Below are positions 28,909-37,614 of a DNA stretch of 64,000 bases, piece after piece. Below the pieces are notes generated by a model. That model worked only from the letters and a program-made list of their open reading frames with translations. It searched no databases and was not told where the DNA came from. Made by a program: the position numbers and the translations under genes. The stretch comes from Candidatus Rifleibacteriota bacterium (lineage in GTDB: Bacteria; Vulcanimicrobiota; Xenobia; Xenobiales; Xenobiaceae), in the NCBI GenBank assembly GCA_900772775.1, contig CAAGRW010000043.1:62-64061 (forward strand), given 5' to 3'. The stretch's first letter is position 1; each line of letters opens with the position of its first letter.

Positions 28909-30213
28909 ATGGCCAAGTGTGTTGAGTTATTGGAAAAATTTGCCAATCAGCGCCATGTTTTGGCCTTAAGAGACGGAATGCTCGGTTCTGTGCCAATTAT
29001 TTTGGTGGGCAGCACTTTTTTACTTTTAGGAGCTCAGGGCGAAGTTCTGACTCAGTATTTTGGTGGGGAAGTAGCTTGGTTGCCCAACTTAGTCGATACG
29101 GCTTTAGGCCAATGGTATTTGGCTAATTCTGCCGATTTTTATATCCCTTACCGCTTAACTATGGGTCTCCTGGGGTTATATATCGCCTTCACTATAGCTA
29201 CAGCTTTAGCTAAACAATATAATATGGCTCCCATACCTCAGGGATTGGGAGCTGTGGCAGCTCTTTTAGTGACCAAAGCTCCGAGTAAGGTAGTTTTTGC
29301 CGAGGGTGAGGGAGCACAATGGGCCATTCCTCTCAAACCGTTTGGGCCTGAAGGCATATTCTTAGGCATTATTGTGGCCATTTCTATGGTAGAGTTGTCG
29401 CGCCTTTTTTTGCGTCCCGATCGTCCTCAGGCTGAGCAAGATGAAGTTAGCAAAAGTATTCCGCCAGCGGTGACGGAGGCTTTTGCCGGCTTTTTACCTA
29501 TGTTGGTTGCTGTAAGTATTATTTGGCTTGTCAGCCACGTGTGCGACTTTAATATAAATGAAGGCGTCCTTTGGTTGATGTCTCCTTTAGCCGGTATGGG
29601 TGATACTCTAACGGCTGTAGAAGCTAGCAACTTTTTTCTACATCTTTTTGCCGTGGCTGGCATTCATGGCATTTCTGTCATCAATGCTGTTATGTTGCCT
29701 CTCTGGCAACAGTTTGTGGCTGCCAATGCCGAAGCGCATAGTGCTGGCTTACCTCTACCTCATGTTACCGCTTATCCTTTTTACCAATGGTTTATCTGGA
29801 TTGGCGGCTCCGGAGCTACTTTAGCCCCAACTTGTTTGCTTTTTTTCTTTAAGAACGGCCACTTTCGCAAAGTGGGTAAAATAGCTATTGTGCCGGCTCT
29901 ATTCAATGTAAACGAACCTTTTTTATTCGGCTTACCCGTGATAGCCAATCCTATTTTAGCTATTCCTTGTATTGTGGCTCCTATGATTTGTGGCCTTATC
30001 GCTTGGTGTGCCGTGAGTTGGGGTTTGGTCGGTGCTCCCTTTATTGAAGTGCCGTGGGTAATGCCCGGCTTTTTGGGAGCAATTCTCTCTACGCAAGATT
30101 GGCGCAGCTTGCTGCTCTTTGCCGTTAATTTTTGTGTTAGCGGTATAGTGTGGTTGCCTTTTTTGCGCTATACCGATAAACATGCTGATTTAGGTAAGCA
30201 AGCTAAGAAGTAG
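28909..30213 (+). CDS. PTS EIIC permease, lactose/cellobiose family (orphan: no IIA/IIB/HPr/EI in the window); alternative start 28780
   Basis: The N-terminus ...QRHVLALRDGMLGSVPIILVGSTFLLLG matches the EIIC-cellobiose N-terminal motif. ~10 TM segments. Confidence 0.65.
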   Translation: MAKCVELLEKFANQRHVLALRDGMLGSVPIILVGSTFLLLGAQGEVLTQYFGGEVAWLPNLVDTALGQWYLANSADFYIPYRLTMGLLGLYIAFTIATALAKQYNMAPIPQGLGAVAALLVTKAPSKVVFAEGEGAQWAIPLKPFGPEGIFLGIIVAISMVELSRLFLRPDRPQAEQDEVSKSIPPAVTEAFAGFLPMLVAVSIIWLVSHVCDFNINEGVLWLMSPLAGMGDTLTAVEASNFFLHLFAVAGIHGISVINAVMLPLWQQFVAANAEAHSAGLPLPHVTAYPFYQWFIWIGGSGATLAPTCLLFFFKNGHFRKVGKIAIVPALFNVNEPFLFGLPVIANPILAIPCIVAPMICGLIAWCAVSWGLVGAPFIEVPWVMPGFLGAILSTQDWRSLLLFAVNFCVSGIVWLPFLRYTDKHADLGKQAKK

Positions 30214-31756
30214 GCAAAGAACACAAATTGACCCAGCGGCAAAGCGTATCTCTAGTGAGTTCGCCGCGCCGCAACATTTGCCAGGCCAAAAGGGCCAATT
30301 TACTAAAATTTAAAGCTTGAGCCAAGTAGCGTATCTGAGTCGGATGGCTTTGCAAATATGGGGAAGAAGCCAAAAATTTTATAAAGCTAAGCGGCACTGG
30401 CTTGGATAAAAGTGTATAAATTGAATACCAAAAAGTATCTTCTGCCGGGCGTGGCCAGGAAAGAGAAACGCGAAATTGTTTAAGACATTTATCGTTGCGA
30501 CCTTCTACTTGATCGGGGGTAATGGTGCCGTCAGCTAGATAGTGCTCGGTAATATCTGTCTGTGGCCAATAAGACAAAGAAAAGAGATAAAGATCGTAAG
30601 GCCTGGGCAATTGAGCCAAAAGCTCAAAAAGCTGTCTCTTTTCTTGGCTAGTGACGTGCGGATCGTCCAAAAGTATCTGGTAACAAACTTTTAAATCAAG
30701 TTCATGCAATATGCGTCCAGCTTCCAATACTTTTTGATCGCTTACTTCGCGATTGTATAGGCGTTTATTGACTGCGCTAATATGCTGAATGCCCATCATA
30801 ACTGTGTCTAAACCGACGTCTTTTAGTTGTTGCAATATTTCTTTTTGCACTACACGCGGATCAGTTAAAATTTCAAAAGGCAAATCAATTTTTTGTTGTC
30901 GATAAAGGTGGCAAAATTTTTTAACCCATTCCGGACGTAAGCAAAAAAGCTCATCATCAAAACGGAAACGGCGCAGATTGGGAAAATTTTGCTTGGCATA
31001 TACGCACTCTTCCACTGTGCGCTCTGGACTCATAACGCGATAGAATTGTCCCAGATCTTTATAACTTTTGCGCAAAGCACTGATGTCGCAATACGAACAA
31101 TTAAAAAGACAGCCCCGCGCCGACATCATCAGGTATATAGTTTGATCTATGTAAGGATCGCCTGAGGTTAGGTGGTTATTGTTTATATAATATTTGCTTT
31201 CATGAGAGTGAAAATCGCGAAAAGGCAAATCGTCCAAGTTGTTGTGTAGGCGGCGCGGGGCATTGCGCACTATTGTACCGTCGGCTTCTTTGTACCACAA
31301 ACCGTCAATGCCTTGCCAAGAGCGCTGTTGCTCTAAAGCTTCCATAAGTTCAACGATAGTGTCTTCACCTTCGCCTATAATAATGCCTTGGCAAGAATTT
31401 AAAGCACTTTCGGGATCCATGGTGACGTGCATTCCGCCCCATATTATTGGTAAGTTAAATTCTTGCCTGAGCTTTTTACTTAAACTTTGGGCCAATTTGC
31501 TATAGCCGCCAGCTCGTACCGATAAGCCAATAAGATCTACTTTTTCGCGATGTAAGGTCTCAGAAAGCAGAGTATATTCCTTATCGCTGGGTTCGGTAAA
31601 ATGGTGATGCTGATAATCTTTAAAGTAAATTTCGATTACGCGCCAACCTTGAGAGCGCAAGGAAGAAGCCAAAAAACGTATACCATTGTTTTCGACTATA
31701 TAGAGAGAAATAAGAGCGATAGCTTTACGCTTGGGGCAAGCGTCCGATGTGGCCAC
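30203..31756 (-). CDS. cobalamin (B12)-binding radical SAM protein (class B)
   Basis: N-terminal B12-binding Rossmann-like region and the radical SAM cysteine triad CLFNCSYC (Cx3Cx2C). It is the last gene of the pgpH-ybeY-Nudix operon. Confidence 0.7.
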   Translation of the reverse strand: MATSDACPKRKAIALISLYIVENNGIRFLASSLRSQGWRVIEIYFKDYQHHHFTEPSDKEYTLLSETLHREKVDLIGLSVRAGGYSKLAQSLSKKLRQEFNLPIIWGGMHVTMDPESALNSCQGIIIGEGEDTIVELMEALEQQRSWQGIDGLWYKEADGTIVRNAPRRLHNNLDDLPFRDFHSHESKYYINNNHLTSGDPYIDQTIYLMMSARGCLFNCSYCDISALRKSYKDLGQFYRVMSPERTVEECVYAKQNFPNLRRFRFDDELFCLRPEWVKKFCHLYRQQKIDLPFEILTDPRVVQKEILQQLKDVGLDTVMMGIQHISAVNKRLYNREVSDQKVLEAGRILHELDLKVCYQILLDDPHVTSQEKRQLFELLAQLPRPYDLYLFSLSYWPQTDITEHYLADGTITPDQVEGRNDKCLKQFRVSLSWPRPAEDTFWYSIYTLLSKPVPLSFIKFLASSPYLQSHPTQIRYLAQALNFSKLALLAWQMLRRGELTRDTLCRWVNLCSLPTS

Positions 31757-31781
31757 AGACTGACTCCTACTTGAAATAAAG

Positions 31782-32669
31782 CTAAATCAGCTTGGCAGTA
31801 TGTAAAATATGCTTGGCTTGCTGTAAAATGTTCTTTTCGCTCTGATAATAGAGCTTGCGCCAAGCTTCACCAAAATCGAACCAGGCCACTTCAGAAGCTT
31901 CTCCATCTGGCACAGAGGCATTTTCTTGAATTAAAGGCATAAGGAAGAAAGTGACCATCTTATAATAGAGAGTGCGATTATCTCGCCAATAGAAGTAGTA
32001 TTCTATCTGGTCGATACGTTCGGCAATGGTGGCTAAATGGCCAGTTTCTTCCAGCACTTCTCTGGTGGCTGTCATTTCCCAAGTTTCGCCACTCTGTACT
32101 CTGCCTTTGGGTAAAGCCCAAACGGCGCCTCCTTTTTTAGCAATAAGGCACACTTTTAATTTGTCTCCTTCTTGCTTGTAAAGGACGCCGCCGGCTGATT
32201 GCTGGATGGCATGATGGCTTTTGGCTTCTTGTTTGTCTTTTTCCTCGGCGCTCACGATTGTAGTATCGGCCGGAGGGCGCAAACTTGCTTCCAAAGCTAA
32301 AGTGATAACTTTATTTGGTTTTAAGCTGTCGTATAAAGCAAAGTTTACTTTCAGAGAGCGAGCCAAGCGACGGGCTCTTTTGTGCAATCCCAAAATGCTC
32401 AAATCGTCTATTGTGGGATTATGCAACAGACTGCGGATCATCTTGGCATTATTTAAGAGTATTTTAACTTGCGTATATTTGTGCTCGGAAGCCCACAACA
32501 AAGCCATAATTACCGCTTGGTACTGTGCTTGTGCGGTAGTGGCAATGCCTATATTTTCGGATACAAGCACTCGACTGCCGTCTGGAGTTTCGATAACCAG
32601 ACCGACGCCGGCGCTTCCCGGATTGTTGCGGGCTGTTCCGCAAGTATGTATTACTAGACTCTGTGTCAC
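31782..32669 (-). CDS. fusion protein: N-terminal RNase H-like (RVT_3-type) domain with all catalytic acidic residues substituted, plus a C-terminal Nudix hydrolase domain with an intact Nudix box
   Basis: N-terminus IHTCGTARNNPGSAGVGL...AQAQYQAVIMAL...KILLNNAK versus the RNase HI pattern TDGS...NNRMELMA...STDSQ. Canonical Nudix box GRVQSGETWEMTATREVLEETGH (Gx5Ex7REUxEExGU). Confidence 0.65.
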   Translation of the reverse strand: MTQSLVIHTCGTARNNPGSAGVGLVIETPDGSRVLVSENIGIATTAQAQYQAVIMALLWASEHKYTQVKILLNNAKMIRSLLHNPTIDDLSILGLHKRARRLARSLKVNFALYDSLKPNKVITLALEASLRPPADTTIVSAEEKDKQEAKSHHAIQQSAGGVLYKQEGDKLKVCLIAKKGGAVWALPKGRVQSGETWEMTATREVLEETGHLATIAERIDQIEYYFYWRDNRTLYYKMVTFFLMPLIQENASVPDGEASEVAWFDFGEAWRKLYYQSEKNILQQAKHILHTAKLI

Positions 32670-32675
32670 TTTAGC

Positions 32676-33329
32676 TTATTTTGTGTAGACTTCAGCTGCC
32701 ATTTTGGGAATTGAATTAAAGCCCATAGCTTCCACTATGGCCAATTCATAAGTGCGCATAACTTGGCGGGTTTCTTCTGTAGGATGATCAAAACCTACTA
32801 AATGAAGCATAGCGTGGGCGACCAACCAGGCGATCATGTGGCGCAAACTAATGCCGTCTTCTTTAGCTTGGCGTTTAGCTGTGTCTAGGCTGATAACAAT
32901 TTCACCTAAATAAAGGTGTACATCAGGATAAATAAGCAAAGCGGGCTCGTCTTCCCAAGCGGGAAAGCTCAAAACATCGGTAGGGGAATCGACTTGACGA
33001 AATTCTTTATTGAGAGTGTGAATGGCCGAATCAGTAACAATAGAGAGCTCAACTTCAAATTTTCGTTGATCGATAGTTGGGGCCGCTTCGTCTTCATTGA
33101 CCATTTTGCCTAAGCATTTAAATAAGCCTATCTTTTGATCGATTACGCGTACGGCTTCGTAAACGGCTTGGCGATAGAAGTTCTTGGAAACTTCGGCAAA
33201 ATTTTCTTTTGTTTTATTGAAAAGTTCTGTTCTGACTTTTAATGAACGTCCACGCATTTTTAGGCTGCTCCTCATAGCAAAAAAAATCTCGGCCCTATTT
33301 TCGATTTTGACCGCTATATTTTCTCGCAA
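32676..33329 (-). CDS. ybeY: rRNA maturation endoribonuclease YbeY (N-terminal start uncertain; the ORF is longer than typical)
   Basis: Zn-binding motif HAMLHLVGFDH and the NVLSFP block. Confidence 0.85.
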   Translation of the reverse strand: MRENIAVKIENRAEIFFAMRSSLKMRGRSLKVRTELFNKTKENFAEVSKNFYRQAVYEAVRVIDQKIGLFKCLGKMVNEDEAAPTIDQRKFEVELSIVTDSAIHTLNKEFRQVDSPTDVLSFPAWEDEPALLIYPDVHLYLGEIVISLDTAKRQAKEDGISLRHMIAWLVAHAMLHLVGFDHPTEETRQVMRTYELAIVEAMGFNSIPKMAAEVYTK

Positions 33330-33377
33330 AACGCTTTATCAAAGGTATTTTCTCTTGTCGCCCCGGCTAAACCCTCC

Positions 33378-35558
33378 CTAAGCATCTTTCTTTTTTATTT
33401 CTGCTGCCGTTTTAGCTTGAGAAGCTTCTGAGGGAGCTGAAGCTGGTTGGGAGGGAGTGGGCGCAGGCGCAGCGGACTGTTTACCCATGGTCTTAGAATC
33501 GGGATAAGCTACGCGATTATGATAATGGCTAGTCAGAGAACGCAAAATTGAGGCTTTTACCGTATTTATATCGCGCATTGACAGGGGACATTCGTCCAAT
33601 TGGCGGTTGTTGATAATACCACCCACAATTTTATCAATTAAATTCTTTAAATTCTCTCTGTTGGGCACAGGCAGAGTGCGTGAAGCGGCCTCGATACCGT
33701 CGCACATCATAACAATGGCCGTTTCTTTGGATTGTGGACGCGGCCCCGGATAGCGGAAGTCTTCGGCAAAGACTGGTTCGTCGTCTTGCATCTTGGCTTT
33801 CTGATAGAAGAAAGAGGCCAAATTGGTACCATGATGTTCAGGAATAAATTTAGCTATTTCCGGAGGTAACTTGTACTTTTTGGCCATTTCTTGGCCGAGC
33901 TTAATATGGGAAATTACTATCATTGCTGACAAAGCCGGAGGCAACTTGTCGTGAGGATTCTCGTGGCCGGTTTGATTTTCGACGAACATGTTGGGCTGTC
34001 TCATCTTTCCCAAATCGTGATAGTAGGCACCGGCTCGGCACAACATGCTGTCGGCGCCTATAGCTTGGGCGGCTGCTTCGGCCAAATTGGCTACCATAAT
34101 AGAGTGCATGTAAGTTCCTGGAGCTCTGTTAAGCAATTCATGCAAAGCTGGCTCATTAGGATTGGCCAATTCCAAGAGGCGAATATGGGTAGTTACTTTG
34201 CAAGCGCCTTCTAAGAAAGGCAGAGCTCCGGAGGCGATTAAAGCCGGCAACAAACCGTTAAGGCCTCCGTAGAAGAGGGCACACACAGCCAATTCTTCAA
34301 AACTGTCACAGTTGCTTAAAGCAAAAATAGCTACGACCAATACATTTATGGCCCAGACCCAAAGAGAAGCCGTTACTACGTTCCAGCGTTTGTTGGCATT
34401 TTGTACAGCTAAAGCGCCAACCATGCCCGTAATGAGTACGGAAACGGCAGCTTCCAGAGTGTTGGTCATTATACCCGAGTAAATCCCCAACATGCTGACA
34501 ATCATTAAAGACAAACGAGGATCGGCCAAAATTGAAATCAGCATACTGGTGAAGGCAATAGGTAACAAATAAGGCGAGATCATGGTCGTATAGCGAGAAA
34601 CAACCACAAAAGCGACACAAAGAAAAGCTACGCCGAATACCAAACGCAAATTATTGTAAAATTTTGGTATATAAAGCTTTATATAGTAGTTGGCCAAAAT
34701 TTGCATGACCAACACCATAGTGCAATATATGAAGAGAGCGCTCCAAGTGATGCCTTTTTTGTATACGCCTAAAGCCTCTAAAACAGGCACGTCATGTTCG
34801 CCTACAATGTCGCCTTCGCGAATGACAATCTGTCCGGGGAGGATAGTTTTAGTGATAGGCTCTACTTTATCGCTGGCTTGGATTTTGGCTTGTTGAGTGG
34901 CATTGTAGTCAATAAATTTGTTGGGGACGAGGGCTGCTCTAGCTAGTTCTGCATCTATAGAGGCGTTGGCTTCGGTAAGGCCGGGTAAAGCTCTGGCTTC
35001 TTGTTCAATACGTTTGTAGGCAGCATCTATTTCATCTTCGCGTACACCGGTTTGCATAACTACGCCGAGAATATGCTCGCTATTTGTATAGTATTGCTCT
35101 AAGGCGGGAACACTGGCGCTAAGTAAAGTTTTGACGGTAGCTAAGCCCAAATCCAAGGGCACTTGTGCGGATACGTCGGCTACTTCTTTGTCGGTAAATT
35201 TACCAGAAGCATGTCCTCTCTGAGCTTCACGAATGATATTGAAAGTTTGGCTGATCTTATTTTTGCTTATCTCTAAAGATTGAGGGCTGATATTTTCGAT
35301 AGAAGCAACTTGGGAAGCGGCTTGTTCTTTGGCTTTATGCCAACGCTGTTCGTCTACAATTTGCACTGAACGTGAAGCTTTTATATCCCAGGGAGCAGGT
35401 TTACCTACTTCTACTCTATTGATGTTGGGCAAATCGGTCACTATGAGCATAGCCACGGAAATTACATAAACAAAAATGCCTATGCCTAAGCAAATAAGTT
35501 TGTTCCGATCATACATAGATTGGAATATGTCTTTTATTCTAGCCAAAAAATTCGCCAT
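33378..35558 (-). CDS. pgpH: 7TM receptor with intracellular HD hydrolase domain (PgpH/YqfF-like HDIG phosphodiesterase)
   Basis: An extracellular N-terminal domain, 7 TM helices, a C-terminal HD domain (YYHDLGK), and the conserved pgpH-ybeY gene order. Confidence 0.8.
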   Translation of the reverse strand: MANFLARIKDIFQSMYDRNKLICLGIGIFVYVISVAMLIVTDLPNINRVEVGKPAPWDIKASRSVQIVDEQRWHKAKEQAASQVASIENISPQSLEISKNKISQTFNIIREAQRGHASGKFTDKEVADVSAQVPLDLGLATVKTLLSASVPALEQYYTNSEHILGVVMQTGVREDEIDAAYKRIEQEARALPGLTEANASIDAELARAALVPNKFIDYNATQQAKIQASDKVEPITKTILPGQIVIREGDIVGEHDVPVLEALGVYKKGITWSALFIYCTMVLVMQILANYYIKLYIPKFYNNLRLVFGVAFLCVAFVVVSRYTTMISPYLLPIAFTSMLISILADPRLSLMIVSMLGIYSGIMTNTLEAAVSVLITGMVGALAVQNANKRWNVVTASLWVWAINVLVVAIFALSNCDSFEELAVCALFYGGLNGLLPALIASGALPFLEGACKVTTHIRLLELANPNEPALHELLNRAPGTYMHSIMVANLAEAAAQAIGADSMLCRAGAYYHDLGKMRQPNMFVENQTGHENPHDKLPPALSAMIVISHIKLGQEMAKKYKLPPEIAKFIPEHHGTNLASFFYQKAKMQDDEPVFAEDFRYPGPRPQSKETAIVMMCDGIEAASRTLPVPNRENLKNLIDKIVGGIINNRQLDECPLSMRDINTVKASILRSLTSHYHNRVAYPDSKTMGKQSAAPAPTPSQPASAPSEASQAKTAAEIKKKDA

Positions 35559-35658
35559 TATGATACTCTCGCTCGTTATGCTGCCTACTTAGTTCTAGTC
35601 ATTATGATTAAAGCCTTGCTTATAATTGTGAGGTTGGGAAGGCTTATCTTGGCAAAAA

Positions 35659-36447
35659 ATGGCAAGATGCAGCGTCGGCGAGCGCACAAAAGGTGCCCTT
35701 CGTTCGAGAATAGGCGAAATGTTGCATGGCCAAGAAAAAGGTTTGAAATTCCGATATGGCGAAAGTTCCGGCATGAGTGAACTTCAAAACAATCCCTGCG
35801 AATGCAAAAAAGATGAATTGCTTGAGATCTTCTTGGGTGGCGATTTAGCCTCTGCCGAGACTCAGGAAAAAGCGGCAACCGATTCCGAAAGAGCCGAACG
35901 TGAAAAGCTCGGATTAGCCAAAGTTGCTGAAGAATTGAGTGCCAATCCTAAGTCTTTAGAGGGAATTGCCTTCGAGTTGTTGGGCAATTTGCTGCTGGGC
36001 GGCGTCAGTGTTGTTGACAAAGTGGCTGAGCTGATGATGGATAAAAATCCGGCCGGCTACGTCAATGCCATATTTAAAGCTGCCGACAGATGTACTGTCC
36101 CCTATGTAAAATTTACTTTAGTCCGTGCTGTTTTCAGACGTTATCCCGGTCGTTATCGTCCCTATATCATGGCTTTAGGGCGAGAACTTATTTCTGGAAC
36201 GTTTGATGAACACACTATAGATGTAACTTTATGGCTGTTGCAAAAATTTGGCGCCGAATTGCTTCCCGATTTGGTCACTTTTATGCGTGCCGAAGGTCAC
36301 GGCCAGGAGAAAATTAAAGTTTTGACTGATGCCGTGCAAATGTTGGGCGGGGCAGCTCTGCCTGTAGTCACCGCTGCTGCCGACAGCGCCGACGCCGAGT
36401 TGGCTCAGGCTGGTACCGAAGCACTTAAACGTATTGGTCAAGCTTAA
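35659..36447 (+). CDS. hypothetical HEAT/ARM-like repeat protein (start ambiguous: 35659/35719/35773)
   Basis: Helical repeat-like sequence with a PBS-lyase/HEAT-like C-terminus (AELAQAGTEALKRIG). No SD is clear for any candidate start. Confidence 0.35.
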   Translation: MARCSVGERTKGALRSRIGEMLHGQEKGLKFRYGESSGMSELQNNPCECKKDELLEIFLGGDLASAETQEKAATDSERAEREKLGLAKVAEELSANPKSLEGIAFELLGNLLLGGVSVVDKVAELMMDKNPAGYVNAIFKAADRCTVPYVKFTLVRAVFRRYPGRYRPYIMALGRELISGTFDEHTIDVTLWLLQKFGAELLPDLVTFMRAEGHGQEKIKVLTDAVQMLGGAALPVVTAAADSADAELAQAGTEALKRIGQA

Positions 36448-36543
36448 TATGCGCTTGTTGTTATAGCCATTTTTTGAAAAAGGGCAGCTCCGTTTGGGGC
36501 CGCCCGGTTTTTTTTCTAAAGAATTTATTCTTGGTGAGAGAAG

Positions 36544-37527
36544 TTGAACAATTACGAAAACGGATCAGGCAATTCTTCCCTTCGCCCCATTCATTTGGCT
36601 GTCGTTTTGGCAATAGTCTTTCATTTGATGGCCCTGACCGCTTTGGCTTGGTATAGCCCCAAAAAGGATAACGATGAAGACAGTTTGCGTATTGTAGCGC
36701 AAGTTTCTTTAGCTGATTCTATCAAGCTGCCTGAGGCTGTGCGCAAGCCTGTGAAAGCTCCTCCGGTAAAGCCCAAGAAAATAAAACCGTACGATCCCGA
36801 GCTTTACAAAAATGTGCCCAAAACGAGCATGGATAAGTATGGAGTAGCTCCTGGCAAGATAGGACGCCCCGGCAAGCCTGGAGCTCCAGGTGATCCTGCC
36901 CAAAAAATAGGCAAAGGCTCAGGACGTTCGGGTTTACGTACAGCTATCGATCCTGATATGCCCAAATTGGGAGTTTCTGCTATGGGCAATCCCGGTTATC
37001 CCACAGGCCACGGCTATGGCAAAGACGGCTCAAAGTTTGGCAAGCATTCCGGCTTCGGTGAAGATGGCGGAGGCCAAGGCGGTGAAGGGGGAGATGGCGG
37101 TGAAGGTGGTCAAGGCGGTGTAATCGTCAAAGATCTTATCTACGTTATCGAGCCCGATCAGACTATCTCTGTCTACGAAAAACAAGTAGATCCAGCTCAC
37201 TATATGTCTGATAAAGCTCGTATTACCAACGAAATAGGACAGTTCGTATGTGTCTATTTGGCTTCCAGATTTAATGTTACTGTTATCAACAATAGTGATG
37301 AACGGCTCAATTTCCGTTTTGAAGGCGAAATACACCGCGGCGAAAGCTACAACGGATTGAATCGCATTCTCGATCCCTATTTGTGGGGCGATTTGGCTCC
37401 TGGTGAATCTCGTTGCATAAACGATTTAACTGTAGCTAGTGGCTATCGCGATGTATCTATTTCCCATTTGGAAGATCCCGTAGGGACGTTTTTTAATATT
37501 GAGCATATGCTCTTTATTCCGCAATAA
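36544..37527 (+). CDS. hypothetical membrane-anchored protein with a Pro/Lys-rich linker, collagen-like Gly-X-Y / GGxGG low-complexity region and a C-terminal ~130-aa globular domain
   Basis: TTG start. The TM is LAVVLAIVFHLMALTALAWY, followed by PVKAPPVKPKKIKP, then GRPGKPGAPGDP and GGGQGGEGGDGGEGGQGG. Confidence 0.4.
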   Translation: MNNYENGSGNSSLRPIHLAVVLAIVFHLMALTALAWYSPKKDNDEDSLRIVAQVSLADSIKLPEAVRKPVKAPPVKPKKIKPYDPELYKNVPKTSMDKYGVAPGKIGRPGKPGAPGDPAQKIGKGSGRSGLRTAIDPDMPKLGVSAMGNPGYPTGHGYGKDGSKFGKHSGFGEDGGGQGGEGGDGGEGGQGGVIVKDLIYVIEPDQTISVYEKQVDPAHYMSDKARITNEIGQFVCVYLASRFNVTVINNSDERLNFRFEGEIHRGESYNGLNRILDPYLWGDLAPGESRCINDLTVASGYRDVSISHLEDPVGTFFNIEHMLFIPQ

Positions 37528-37614
37528 TGTATAAGTAATAAAGGGCTGGATAGGCTTTTTTATCAATAAAGACTGCTTTCCTGAGCAAAATGGGAAAGTG
37601 GTCTTTTTTTTACT

